A stretch of 64,000 nt of DNA from Tricharina praecox (Eukaryota): assembly GCF_024521635.1 (NCBI RefSeq), contig NW_026250434.1, positions 186,001 through 250,000 of the forward strand, read 5' to 3'. This document shows, one piece after another, positions 28,381-39,809 of this stretch. Numbering within the stretch: position 1 is the first letter of the stretch; every line of letters begins with the position of its first letter. The position numbers and the translations under genes are program-made. Under the pieces are notes generated by a model, which ran no database searches, had not been told where the DNA came from, and worked only from the letters and a program-made list of their open reading frames with translations.

Positions 28381-28820
28381 CCCTCCTCTGCACTTCCCAT
28401 TCACTTTACACTTTCAGCCCCCATTCAACCCCGCTGTATTATTTCCCTCTGCCCGACACCCCGCCTTGGATGAAGAAAGTGTAGGCAGCAGTTACCCTCA
28501 CCTCGCTGGCTGACACCGAGCATTGATCGAGAGATTGCTTGTGGTTGTGGACTCCTCCTCTTCCCCATTCACTTTATGCTTTCAGCTTCCATTCAACCCG
28601 CTCCGATTCTCCCCCTCCTCCGCACCTCCCATTCACTTTACGCTTTCGGCCCCCAGGCCCCCATTCAACCTCGCTGTATTCTTTTCCCCTGCCCGACACC
28701 ACGCCCCATGTTAAGAAAGTTAGGCAGCAGTTAACTACCCCCACTTCGCGGAATGATAGAGCACCGAGCACTGCTCTAAAGATTATTTTTGCTTGTGGAC
28801 TCCTCGTCTTCCCCTTCTTC
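28381..28820. repeat. Diverged ~230-bp direct tandem duplication
   Basis: Units ~28381-28612 and ~28613-28820 share CCCATTCACTTTA, TGCCCGACACC, AAGAAAGT..AGGCAGCAGTTA and TTGTGGACTCCTC in the same order. Confidence 0.75.
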
Positions 28821-30310
28821 ACCTGTAGCTTGGCTTCGTGTCTAGGCTAGTCGACCTCGTGGGACCGGAACGGGCCACTGAACGGAACGAACAAGTACCT
28901 CATGTACGTATCTACAGCAATCCCAAAGACAACATACCGCAGTAGGAACGCAAGCACATCTCGAAGGTTCTCGTAGTCAATGCCGCACAACTGACAAAGC
29001 GGCGGAGCACACTTGAATACGGATACTTGCTTATGCATGGGCGGTGGCTTGCCAGCGTGGCTATGTAGGCATGGCTCGGTATCAAGCATGGGTAGCTAGC
29101 ATAAGCTTCTTTTGACTACATACCTCGTACGTGTACCATCCCGAGCCGAAATACCTACTTACCTAGGTAGAGTACAAAGTACCTTTATAGGTAACTATCC
29201 GGTAAATCCACGGCGGGGCCGCCACATAGTATGTACGAGACACGACGCACTCGATATACCTACCTATGTACGTCCGAAATCTGAAGGTCATCTCGCAGAT
29301 GTGGAAAGAACAGTCGATAGGAGAGGGTAGGTATCTGCTACTATTGAAGGAACTCCGCAGAACCACTGCCTTCCACGTGACAACTAAACGAGTGATACCG
29401 TAGGTAATAAGACATGCTCCCGAGAACGGAAAGGTAACTCGCGCGAGCGGTATGTGCGGAAACTGGGCACATGCCTAGTCGGAAGCTCCGGAAGCACTTC
29501 ATGTGCCCGATAGCTGCTCGGCAGCTGGTATCGAATTCTCGCTACTACCTACCTAGATGCGGCACAACAGCACTGCGCTAGTTACGCAGCGGGAATGCGT
29601 CACTGAGGTATCACTCGCTCCACGGAGCGTCCCCTCATTTTCGATGCTTATTTTCAATAGATTGGGTGGTGATGTCCGAGCTAGACGGGAATATAAAAAG
29701 CCAAGAGGGTGCGAGAGGACGCCAATTCGGAGCGTTGACTGGTGTGTGCTTTAAGTGGGTTCCTGGGGGAGGCGGTTGTGTAGGAGTGATGATCACGAAA
29801 GTTGAGATATATGTTGTCGTCGTTGGGATCAGTGGGATCTCTGGCTCAGTGTGGCATCCCATCTCCCACGCTTCCGCCTAGGCTCGGTTACACCTTTCAC
29901 CATTTCCCCAACCAATCCGCTAACGGTTCGGTCCATCGGCGAGTGATAACTTATGTATGTATCCGAAGGGGGTGGAGGAAGAGGGCAGCTGGCCGCAATG
30001 TGCCGAACTCAGACCTGGAGTAAATAAGATACGTAGGTACATACTGGATGCCGCGACCTACATACATAGGGTCGAATGTGTTATGTTGAAACAAAACCAA
30101 AAAAAACACCAGCTGTGAGTGAGCAAAGGACCCCTCGGACAGTGCACAAGGCGACATCGTCGGGACCGAAAGACAGCCAGAAGATCACGTTACTATCGGG
30201 AGCAGCCAAGCAACTACCGAAGGGCAAGACAAAAGCACAGACCTTAACTGGAGTAGCCCTAAGCCCTAGTAGCGGCAAGAGCCCGACGAGGCTAGTGCCC
30301 CTCCAACAAC

Positions 30311-30318
30311 TATATAAA
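30311..30318 (+). promoter_or_regulatory. TATA box of U2 snRNA copy 1
   Basis: TATATAAA about 40 bp upstream of the inferred U2 5' end. Confidence 0.7.
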
Positions 30319-30353
30319 GCCCCGTTCCGCCCCTCTCCTGTTCTTTTCTCTTT

Positions 30354-30607
30354 AGCTCTCTTTGGTATGTCATCTCTACCCCCAACATTCAACATCAGCG
30401 AATATCCCGCTAACAATTTCCCTTCTACAGCCTTTTGGCTTAGATCAAGTGTAGTATCTGTTCTTTTCAGTTTAATATCTGAAATCCGATAACATATCGG
30501 TTCTAATATTAATCTTATTTTTGAATGTTGCGGAGCTGGCCGCTGTGCTTGCGCATGTCGCCTCCCACTGTGTCACTGGTATTACACTGCCTCCAGTTGA
30601 TGCGAAC
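30354..30607 (+). ncRNA. U2 snRNA: U2 spliceosomal snRNA, copy 1, with a 66-nt intron (exon 1 ~30354-30364, intron 30365-30430, exon 2 30431-~30607)
   Basis: Spliced sequence AGCTCTCTTTG|CCTTTTGGCTTAGATCAAGTGTAGTATCTGTTCTTTTCAGTTTAATATCTGAAA is the conserved fungal U2 5' domain. Branch-pairing GTAGTA at 30451-30456, stem IIa/IIb, Sm site ATTTTTG at 30517-30523, SLIII with GCTTG loop, SLIV CTGGTATTACACTGCCTCCAG. Mature length about 190 nt; ends approximate. Confidence 0.95.
30365..30430 (+). other. Spliceosomal intron inside U2 snRNA copy 1
   Basis: GTATGT donor, GCTAAC branch (30409-30414), pyrimidine tract TTTCCCTTCT, CAG acceptor. Removal restores the U2 consensus exactly. Confidence 0.9.
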
Positions 30608-33016
30608 AAACATACAAACTGCGTCTGCGTCTTTCATTGTTGCTCTGGCTGTATGCGAGAGGACGAGGAAAGATCTTGGCGGATTGAACATGTGCGCATG
30701 TCATGTCATGTCACAACAATAACATAACATGGAGAAGCTGAGAGTGCTCTCACGTCTCCCTCCAGCAGCAGCACCATCTGATAGGTATCCGATCTTGAAG
30801 AAATGAAGGCGAGGACTGCGGCGGCGTACTTTTTATCCTCTTCGCTGTCCACCGCTGAGATCACTGGCACGAAAAGAGAACACGTGCTACGTTGAAACTT
30901 GAAAGAGTGATGCTTGCTAGACACATATGATAGTTCGACTTAGAAATTTCAGCAAGTGGCATTCTGTCAGTCGCATGCAGTCCGAGGCAGCAAAATTCTG
31001 GGACGGACTGAACTCATACCGTCCTCCAATTTTATGGACTGAACTGGACTGATGCAGTCAGTCTACCTAGTCCTGACCGCCGTCCTGACTGGACTACCTA
31101 TCGGAAGCACTGGGCGACGGTGACGGATGTCGTCGCATTCTCTGTCTGAGGCTACGTCTCTTTCTCTAGCTAGTACACGAGCTCGTTTGCTTTGTAAGCA
31201 ATCTGCTTTCTCGTCTTTGTCATGTCATCTACATCAATCAAGTCAAGTTCTTCTCACAGTTTCAATAGGTGATGTCGGGTACTGCCGAGTGACCGCTCAT
31301 GCCGGAAGTGCGGAGGATGAGTCTGACGATGTGTACTACGAAGTTACAAATGCTCATTTTATCTATTCTACAAGGTGTTGCCCGCTCTTACGGTATCCGT
31401 CAAAGGCCAGCAAACTCCATTGCTCCTGAGATGTACCGGCTTTAAGTGATACAATCACTGTCGCTTTGCAATGTATGAATCCTGCGAAACAATTCCCGTC
31501 AAAAGAATTTAGATCTTCACGGAACCACCGTTACCACTTTATTGAACTTCCATTGCCCAAGTGAGTGATCGATACTCACTTTGTACCACTGCCGCATGTA
31601 CCACTACCGGAAACCCCTCGGTCCCCCCGGCCCCCCCGGTCCCAGTGAGCTTACCGGTGATCTACTCTCCCGTTACGGCCGGCGAGCCGCGAGCGCCGAC
31701 CGGGGTCTGGGTACAGTACTCTACCGGTACTCTGGAGTAACCGAGCACCATCCCAGCACGCTGTTTCCCGCCGATGCGGGGGATAACTACCGGTACTATA
31801 CTGACCGGGGGCAGAATTTTGCAGCCAGCGACCGCTGACCGCCGACCGCAATGCCATCCCAATGATCCCATCACTCCGATCAGCTCATCACTCCGATCGG
31901 CACACCGGCGCCGGCCCGCCACCGTTGCGTGACAACGCCCCGAGCTGACTGCGTCCCGAGCCAAACAGCGACCGCCGTCGTCCGCAGATATACCCTACAC
32001 ACGGTACTCCACTCTCCGTCGTGGCGACCCAACGATCCCTCCCAGCGACCTGACGAGGCAGCTCCAGCCTCCAACCTCCACGCATCGATCCTCCCCGTAC
32101 CCGTACCCGTACCCCAGTTCCAGCCTCAACCCACCTGCCACACTCCACTCCACACTCCACTCCACACCCCAGACTCCCAGAGTCCACGGGCCCAGAGTGC
32201 ACTTACATAACCCTGGTGGAGTGAGTAACTAAGCGCCTCAATGCTCATGAACGCCGACTCCCCCCCCCCTCCCCCTCCAGACTCCAGTGTCCACCCCCCT
32301 CCGCCCCCGACATAAATTTCACCGCTAAAAAATGCGATGCGGCATGTGATGCTCGTTTCGTATGTAACATACTAGTACTCTGGGGTTGCAGTCTTGCAGA
32401 ACCTCGATACATACCGTATTCTCCCCCCGAGTCCCCGTTCCATACCCGCCTCCGCGGAAATCCTCCTCAACCGCGAGCATCATCCCATTTCAACCGCCGG
32501 TGCACCGTTCCATTGCGCACGTGGACGCGTACAGAGCACAAAGTATTACCTACCAATGTAGGCAAGTAATTATTGCCCAGATTGAAGCACCATTGCACAA
32601 GAAGACGCCATAGTGATGATGATGATGATGATGAGCAGGCAGATCGCCCATCCCCTCAAATCGTGATGTAAACCATCATATGTATGCTATGTACTAGTAC
32701 AGAAGAAAGAAAAAAAATCGGAACCCCATGATGCGCCTGTTGCCTGTCCTATCCTGTCCGCCTGCCGGTACGGTATGTAACAAAGGAAATCGTAGCTAGC
32801 AAGGAAAAGAAGAAAAGAAAAGAAATCCCGTTCGCTTATGGTAAAGTGCACAGGAAGATGAAGAAAGAGAAGAAAGAAAAGGGAAAGAAAAGAAAAATGT
32901 CAATCATGTTAACGCCTTGTTGCCCCTGCCCCAGTGCCCCTGCCCCCGCTAACTACGCCAGCCAATGCACCCGATGGGAAAAAAAACGTCCGGACATGGA
33001 ATTCAGAAGGAAAGAA

Positions 33017-33027
33017 ACAGAGAGAGA

Positions 33028-33092
<65 letters not shown>
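33017..33092. repeat. (AG)n microsatellite just downstream of the arrestin stop codon
   Basis: Visible dinucleotide run with two AT interruptions. Confidence 0.95.
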
Positions 33093-33093
<1 letters not shown>

Positions 33094-33111
33094 CCCCATA
33101 TGAGCAGCTCA

Positions 33112-34326
33112 TTAGACGCCGTTGAGCATCTGCGCGAGCGGCGGAGGAATGGCGGCGTATGAGAACGAGGTGCGCGAGTCGGGAATGCCGTAGCTGGGGG
33201 GTGCGGCCGGGACGTTCTCGTACATTGGCGGGGCCTCTTCGTCCCAGCTGATGCCGAGACCGCTGCGCGCCGTGACCACAAGCTTGAACTGCATCCTGAG
33301 GACTCTCGCGGCACCGGTCGGGGTGACCAGTCTGCTCGGTCCGGCGGGCTTGTGTTCCTCGGCCACGATCATCTCAACGACCAAGATGTGCTCCACCGTC
33401 GAGCCATTGGCGGCGTCGAGCTGGCACGCGGCCTTGGTGTGTGCTGGAATTCCCGCCATGATCTCGAGCTCGATCTTGCCGTCGGCCGACTCGAAATCCG
33501 ACTTCCAGCCGGTCTTGATATCGCCGAAGCCGACCGTCCGGATGTCCTCGTGGGCCACGCCCTTGCCGGCACCACCGAGCTTAGCGCTGTGGTATTTGCA
33601 CGCCGGGGACACCGCCTTTGAGTTCTCGTCGATCCGCCAGTTGACCTTGCGCAGGCGCCATCGCGTGTTCTTAGCCTTGTTAAGAATGCCGTCGAGCCGC
33701 ACGTCGATGGCGAAGTCGCTGCCGGTGTGGACAACCGAGGGGAGCTTGAGGGTTGCCGAGAGGGTGGTCGGTGGGAAGACGCGGACCGAGTGGCGGTCGG
33801 GACCTGGCAGGATCGAGCGCTCGACTGTGATGGATTTCTTGAACTGGACTTCGTCACCGTCGGCGGCGATGGCACGGGCCACCAACGTGTAGCTTATCCT
33901 CGAAAGAGCGTTGTCATTAGAGGCGGGGAGATGGCCTGGAAGCAGGTAGCTGAACGGATAGCTGAGTAGGAGGTCTCTACGAGCGCTGGCGGTTGTGGTA
34001 GCGGAGATGAACGTCCACCGGTTGATGACATCGACCTGCGTGGCGCAATCCGAGCAGGCGCCATGTACCGGTCTCTTGTTCAACGTCTCGGCCAGCAGCG
34101 TCATGGTGAAGCTCTCCCACTCCTTCCCCTGCTCGTTGTCAATGTGAATCAGACCCGAGAGCAGCGCGCCGCTCGATTCCTTGGGTGGTCCGTAGAGCAC
34201 CAGCGGCGGCGACTCAATCTTCAAGTCGATCGCCGAGTCAGGCGAGCTCTTCAGACTGGACTTGGAGCTCTTTGCTGACTCGGACTTGGATTTCTGCGCG
34301 AACTTGCGCCTCGACAGGCTGGGCAT
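33112..34326 (-). CDS. LDB19: Arrestin-related trafficking adaptor, Ldb19/Art1 family
   Basis: IESPPLVLYGPPKESSGALLSG, YPFSYLLPGHLPAS, RVFPPT, WRLRKVNWRIDE, GWKSDF, PTGAARVLRMQF, GLGISWDEEAPPMY and PPxY motifs. Intronless; probable start MPSLSRRKF at 34326. Confidence 0.9.
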   Translation of the reverse strand: MPSLSRRKFAQKSKSESAKSSKSSLKSSPDSAIDLKIESPPLVLYGPPKESSGALLSGLIHIDNEQGKEWESFTMTLLAETLNKRPVHGACSDCATQVDVINRWTFISATTTASARRDLLLSYPFSYLLPGHLPASNDNALSRISYTLVARAIAADGDEVQFKKSITVERSILPGPDRHSVRVFPPTTLSATLKLPSVVHTGSDFAIDVRLDGILNKAKNTRWRLRKVNWRIDENSKAVSPACKYHSAKLGGAGKGVAHEDIRTVGFGDIKTGWKSDFESADGKIELEIMAGIPAHTKAACQLDAANGSTVEHILVVEMIVAEEHKPAGPSRLVTPTGAARVLRMQFKLVVTARSGLGISWDEEAPPMYENVPAAPPSYGIPDSRTSFSYAAIPPPLAQMLNGV

Positions 34327-34816
34327 GATCATTTCGCCGGATTCGAGGTTGAACACCGAGGTGGTGGAAATGGTTCTGGTCGACTTGATGTGATAGCCGA
34401 TGCGCTTGAATCTAGGGACCGAGATGTAATTGTTGTAGACGGGCATAGGTATCTGGTGGGGGTGGAGGAGTAGGGGGAGAGGGTGGTTGTATATATTGAT
34501 ACTGGGTGGTTGACTAGCTTGAGAAGTGAATTGTGTGATGGCTTCAAGATTGTATTTGGCGGAATGTTGTTGAAAGTTGTTTGGGGAGAGCTAGCTTTAT
34601 GATATCTTCTGTCGTAGGTCGTTTGGTTGCAGACACATAATGCGGCGGCGACGGAATAGTGTTGGTCGAGTGGTGTGTGGATGTGTGTGAGTGAGGTGAG
34701 ATGTTGGCCCCCAGTTGATGAAGTGCGATGCAGGATGTGAGCTGGGCCGAATTGATCGATTGGAGGAGAGGCAGATGGGCAAGCCTCAAAGGTGAGGAGG
34801 ATGCGAGCGAGATTGT

Positions 34817-34910
34817 AGGAGGAGGAGGAGGAGGAGGAGGAGGAGGAGGAGGAGGAGGAGGAGGAGGAGGAGGAGGAGGAGGAGGAGGAGGAGGAGGAGG
34901 AGGAGGAGGA
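34817..34910. repeat. (GGA)~31 trinucleotide microsatellite
   Basis: Pure run about 500 bp upstream of the arrestin start codon. Confidence 0.97.
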
Positions 34911-37900
34911 AATGTGTGTGCTTGAGCGTTATATGATGGTGGTGGTGGTGGGCTCTTCCGTCAAGTTATGTATTGCACGTTTGGATGCGGTTGGAAGAAC
35001 TGCACGCATCTGGCTGGCCATCGTGACCGAGTTACGTACAGGCTAGCGACTCGAAGGCGCCAGCATCTCCTAATGGAGCATCGTTGCAGCTCTTTTGTTC
35101 TTTTTCTTTTTGTTCGGCGTCGCGGATTCGTTGGAGTGCAGCACTGCGGAACCCTGCTCCCCTGCGGATCGAACAGACTACGGTCGTACTGCTAGTGGCT
35201 GGTTACTCGACAGTAGCGGTGGTGGTTTCTCGTCTCTCGTTACTCCAAGAGATCTCTCCATGCGGCGATGCACAAGCTCTTCACCAGCTCCGGAGGAGTC
35301 TGGCCGAACTGCCCCTCTGCCTGCCGGTCCCCATTGCCCCTCCGCCTGCCATCGGCCTGCCACCACGACGCCTCAAGGCCCAATGGGACAAGGGAATGGC
35401 CTGTCAGTCTGCCTACCTGCCACTACATCCTCTACCAACCTACATACCCGAACGGCTTGCTTACGCTGAGCAACGCTTCCAACTGCTCGGAAACGAAATC
35501 GAGAACTCTGACTCTGAACTTGCTTTTTCCCCTCGCCCCAACTTTTTCGTCGCCGGTGACGGTGGTGGCCGGCAGTGTGGTGTGCTTGCCTTCTCTGCCG
35601 CACTCTAGTTATGTAACGAATCGACGGGGACGGACCAGACACGCCATCATACCGTACGCACCCCCGGCCGACGCAACCCAGCCCAGACGGTGCGGTACGG
35701 TACGAGGTGATGTACCTTAATTCTCATTACGTACGTTAGCCTCAGCGCGAAAGAACGACACCCATTCATCGAGAGACCGGCGGCACGGATCCATAGAGGC
35801 GTTGTGGAGAGACAGCGAGAGACAGCGGCATGCAAGGCTTCGAGCAGATGCTGCGAAGTGCGGAATCATGGGGACACAGGATGGAGATGGAGTCGACGTT
35901 TCCGCGGATCAGGGGGCTGGGCTGGGTCTGGAGTACGGTATGTACTCTACGCGATGTCGAGTACTCCAACTCTCGACATCGCAACTCCTCGGTTGGCTGT
36001 GCGGATCCCATCACGATTTTGGATTCTCGCGGCAGCTAACCAATTGTTTTTACAGTATACATATAGGCTCCAATCACTATGGCTGTCTCCAAGAAGCCCC
36101 TTGAAGGCCAGCATCCATCCAGCAACCTCTCGGCCACCACCGACAGCCAGCTTTTCATTTTCATCCCCCATCATCTACCATCCATCATCGAAAGAACCTT
36201 TTTCTACATACGCTCCAACGGCTACATTGGTCATCCCTATCCCTGACGGCAGCTCGCTGCTGCACTCCAACTCTTAAACCCCCGCCTCGCTGGCATCTCT
36301 ACCACTAGTTAGTTAGAGTAGCACGCGCATGACCTGAACCTGCAACCGGCGGGTCACAGTCGACTCTCGAGCGTGTGGCATCCTGCAAAGAAAGAAAGGA
36401 AGAAAGAAAAAAAGTTGCTGCTGTCGCCAGAAAATTCTACTACATATGGCTTGGCTTGGCTGGCTGGCCTCTGCGGATTTTGCGAGCCACGTGCGCCGTG
36501 CGGGCTAACTAAGTGCTAAGTTTACACGCGGCCGGCGGGTGTTGACCGTTGTCGGCGATGCCCAAGGGCAGGAATAAAGAAGAAGGATGCAGAGAAGAAG
36601 ACACTGATTAGGCAAGTAGGCAGCTAGGTAGGAAGCAGGTAGGTACTCCATGTGCGAGATGATGCCCGGCTTTGACTATCTTTGTCGCAAATGTCGAGTT
36701 CACGGTTCGACGGTTGCGCGGCAAGGCGGCATGTCGGCATGGAATGCATGTGGCTGCCCAGATGACGACCCTGACTGCAGTTCTAACTTTGAGGGCCGTC
36801 ACCGTCACCATCGATCGAGCTCGGCATCGCGGCCAACACAGTCGATATGACGGCCGTTGATATGACGGCCGTTGATATATACCCTCAGTACCTAAGGTGT
36901 GTATGTACGATTGAGGACGCCGGCGCAGACGCCGGCTGCGGCAGCGGCAGCGGGTGGGATTCCCGATGGAAATCTGGAGATGTGGGGATTTATATGCCTA
37001 CCTGGGTGCTTATGATGCCTACCTACCCACTCCATGGAGCTGGCACGTGCGATAAAGCTTGCTCCGATAAGGTGAACCGAGCATTTACCTACCCCATATC
37101 ATACAAGGTATATACTAGGTAGTAATATGCAGTCATAGGGCTGAGGAATCCGTGAAGAATCCGTGAGCAATGAACATGCGAGTGCCAACTTCCACGCCCA
37201 GTTTAAACTTGGTTCCATTGCCCCACTACCCCACCACCCCACTACCTTGGGTACATACATTGTACGAGCATCGTGAGCCCATATGTGCTATACATAGTAC
37301 ACTGCAGACTCCCGGATTCCCAGATGGAAGATTCTCGGATTCCCAGAGTCCTCACGCGTCACCGAGTCGACGCGGAAATAGAAGTCGTTGGGAATTTCTA
37401 TCTAGGTATTGACGAGAATGGGCATTGAGTCCCGCTGCCCGCACAATCCTCTTTTGTTCGAATACCTAGAGTACACCACATGCTTTGTGGTAGGTATGTC
37501 CTCTTCCACGATGCTAACTAAGCCTTAAGGGCGGTTCAACACCGCCGAGTGATGTCCGAGTGGTGTCTGTCGAGTGTCGAAGGAGGAGATACGATAAGAT
37601 GAGATAGGTACCGTAGGATACCGTATGATGAGCTACTGACGGATAAGATAAGATAAGATTTGATGGCAATTAATGACATGGATACCGATAAGATAAAGGT
37701 ACCAGCTTGTCAACTCCTCATCTGCGCTATCTTATCCAATTACGAGTGATATATCACATACGCAGACCTGTGTCTCGTGCACCAGGGCCAAGGTTGGGGC
37801 CATAGGTGGATAGTTGGCGGCGCTGGTGGGGCAGGAGGTATGTGAAGAAAGTTACGTCGTCACAACCTGACGAGCTCAAAGGCCAGGACACGTAATGGGG

Positions 37901-38163
37901 GAAAAGTGAAATAGGTAAGACACGCAATGGCCATTCGCAATGGACATTCGCAATGGATACCTATCGCAATGGCCTGCGCAACGGTTATGCGTAATGAGGG
38001 AAGGGAAATACTCAGGATTTTGGGAGGACAGGTGTCCTCCAGTATACACAGTACTGCATTTCTTGTTTTCTGGTCGTATAGGTATAAACTTTCTAGGTAC
38101 CTATGTTGTTCGCTCTTTTATTTCTCAACCAAGTACCTACTCAGTCAATTCACTGTATTGTTT

Positions 38164-38166
<3 letters not shown>

Positions 38167-38215
<49 letters not shown>
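38167..38215. repeat. (CT)n microsatellite
   Basis: Visible dinucleotide run. Confidence 0.95.
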
Positions 38216-38217
<2 letters not shown>

Positions 38218-39809
38218 CTCCCGTCCGTACGATCATACTTCCGCACCGCCCATCAACAGTATGTACAACGTACATACAAAGTAGGTACAGATCACACGTC
38301 CTGTTGTGCTATGTTCTCGGGAATACCTACCTATAGGGCACATCTTGTTCTTGTTCTTGTTCTTGTTCTTGCATTCCATCACGAGATGTTTGACTGCATT
38401 TACGCACCTTGCAGGTATACGGTATACCTATCATATAGAGTTGTATTGGAAGGTTATCGGTAGATATTGCTGCGGACGCAATGCACAGATGGCGATGGAA
38501 TTGGTGCGTGCTGGACTGGACGCTCTTCAGCTGGCCGTTTTCTGCGCCTTTCGAATATTGAGATAAGCGTCGATCCGTAACTAGGGTCAGTCTACCGTGA
38601 GAGAGATGGATCGTATTCCGGCGTCACCAACGGGGTGGATATGCTAGTTGTTTACTAAGGTGAGGAAACGACACAAGATGGGGCCAATCCTACCATCGCT
38701 CTTGGTCTCTTTCAGCTGCTTATTCCACCATTCCACCACACGCCAACGGCCGTGACAGCAAGCCACCATCTCATTTGCGGATCTGGAGGAGGAGGAGGAG
38801 GAGGGGGGATGCCTAGCCAGAAGGCGTACCTGCGTAGGTACCGATTGCCCTCCAACATAGTTCCGGAATCCCACCAACCAACCAGATGATCGCAGCCCCC
38901 CCACAAACGTGAGATAAGCTCCTCTGCGTTGTGACGCTGTCGATGCGAGCTGTCGAGATGCGCCTCGTCTCGTCTTGTCTCCGGTTGCGACCGCCGCATT
39001 GGCTGCGTGCAGTGATGCAGTGATCGTTCAGTTGCTCCGAGCAACCGCGTGCATGGCGTGTGTACCACCACCTTCCTCCAAACGAGGGACGAAAGAGGTG
39101 GAAACAAGCCTTCCGGGGGGGTGTGGGGGCCGGGGGAGGGGGACAAACGGGAGCTTGAGAAGATCGTACATGTGGCGCAGCTATGTAGCAGCTACCCTAA
39201 CTAACTAAGGGAGTCGTGGCACGGCAGGCGAGCGGTTTCGATGATCCACCCAGCGCAGCGTTCGAAACCTGGTTTGGTTGGCCGAGGAGAGTGCAGGCGG
39301 CGGGCCAATGATGCCTGCGTGAGGCGATACGACATCGCTCCTGCTGCTGCTGTTCAGCTCAACTCCAACCCAGACTTCCCCGAAACGCAGATGCCATGGG
39401 TACTAGTATCGTACTCTGTGGATCTTCCGCGGTCAACTGTTGCCGGAGTCATGTCTTACTAGGTATATTAATCTAGACAGGTCGGATGCAATTACTGATG
39501 AAACAAAAACAATAATCGGGAAGGTGTACCCGAGCCCAGGCGGAGGCGCGGGAGATGGGGGTGCCAGTGATCTGGACCGTGAACAGGGAAGCGGATGAAA
39601 TGTACGCTGCCGCAGTCCTCGCCTTCATTTCTTCAAGATCGAATACCTACAAGATGGTGCTCGCTACCGGAGACGTGCCCGTACTCTTGGCTTCTCCATA
39701 TTATTGCTGTGATGACATGACATGCGCACATTCACCGCTGACATCTTTCCTCGTCCTCTCGCATACAGCCAGAGCAACAATGAAAGACGCAGACGCAGTT
39801 TGTATGTTT

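Larger units (their letters stand above)
29265..30870 (+). repeat. Left arm of inverted duplication (partner 39561-41476)
   Basis: Reverse-complement match. Identical by eye over 29963-30674 vs 39743-40454, diverged and indel-rich outside that core. Confidence 0.92.

Noticed and set aside
30076..30492. 138-aa and 111-aa ORFs duplicated at 39925-40341
   Set aside because: They overlap the U2 promoter, intron and RNA. Their identity reflects the DNA repeat, and they show no protein-like features.
32846..33314. ER/SL-repeat ORFs
   Set aside because: Products of the (AG)n microsatellite.
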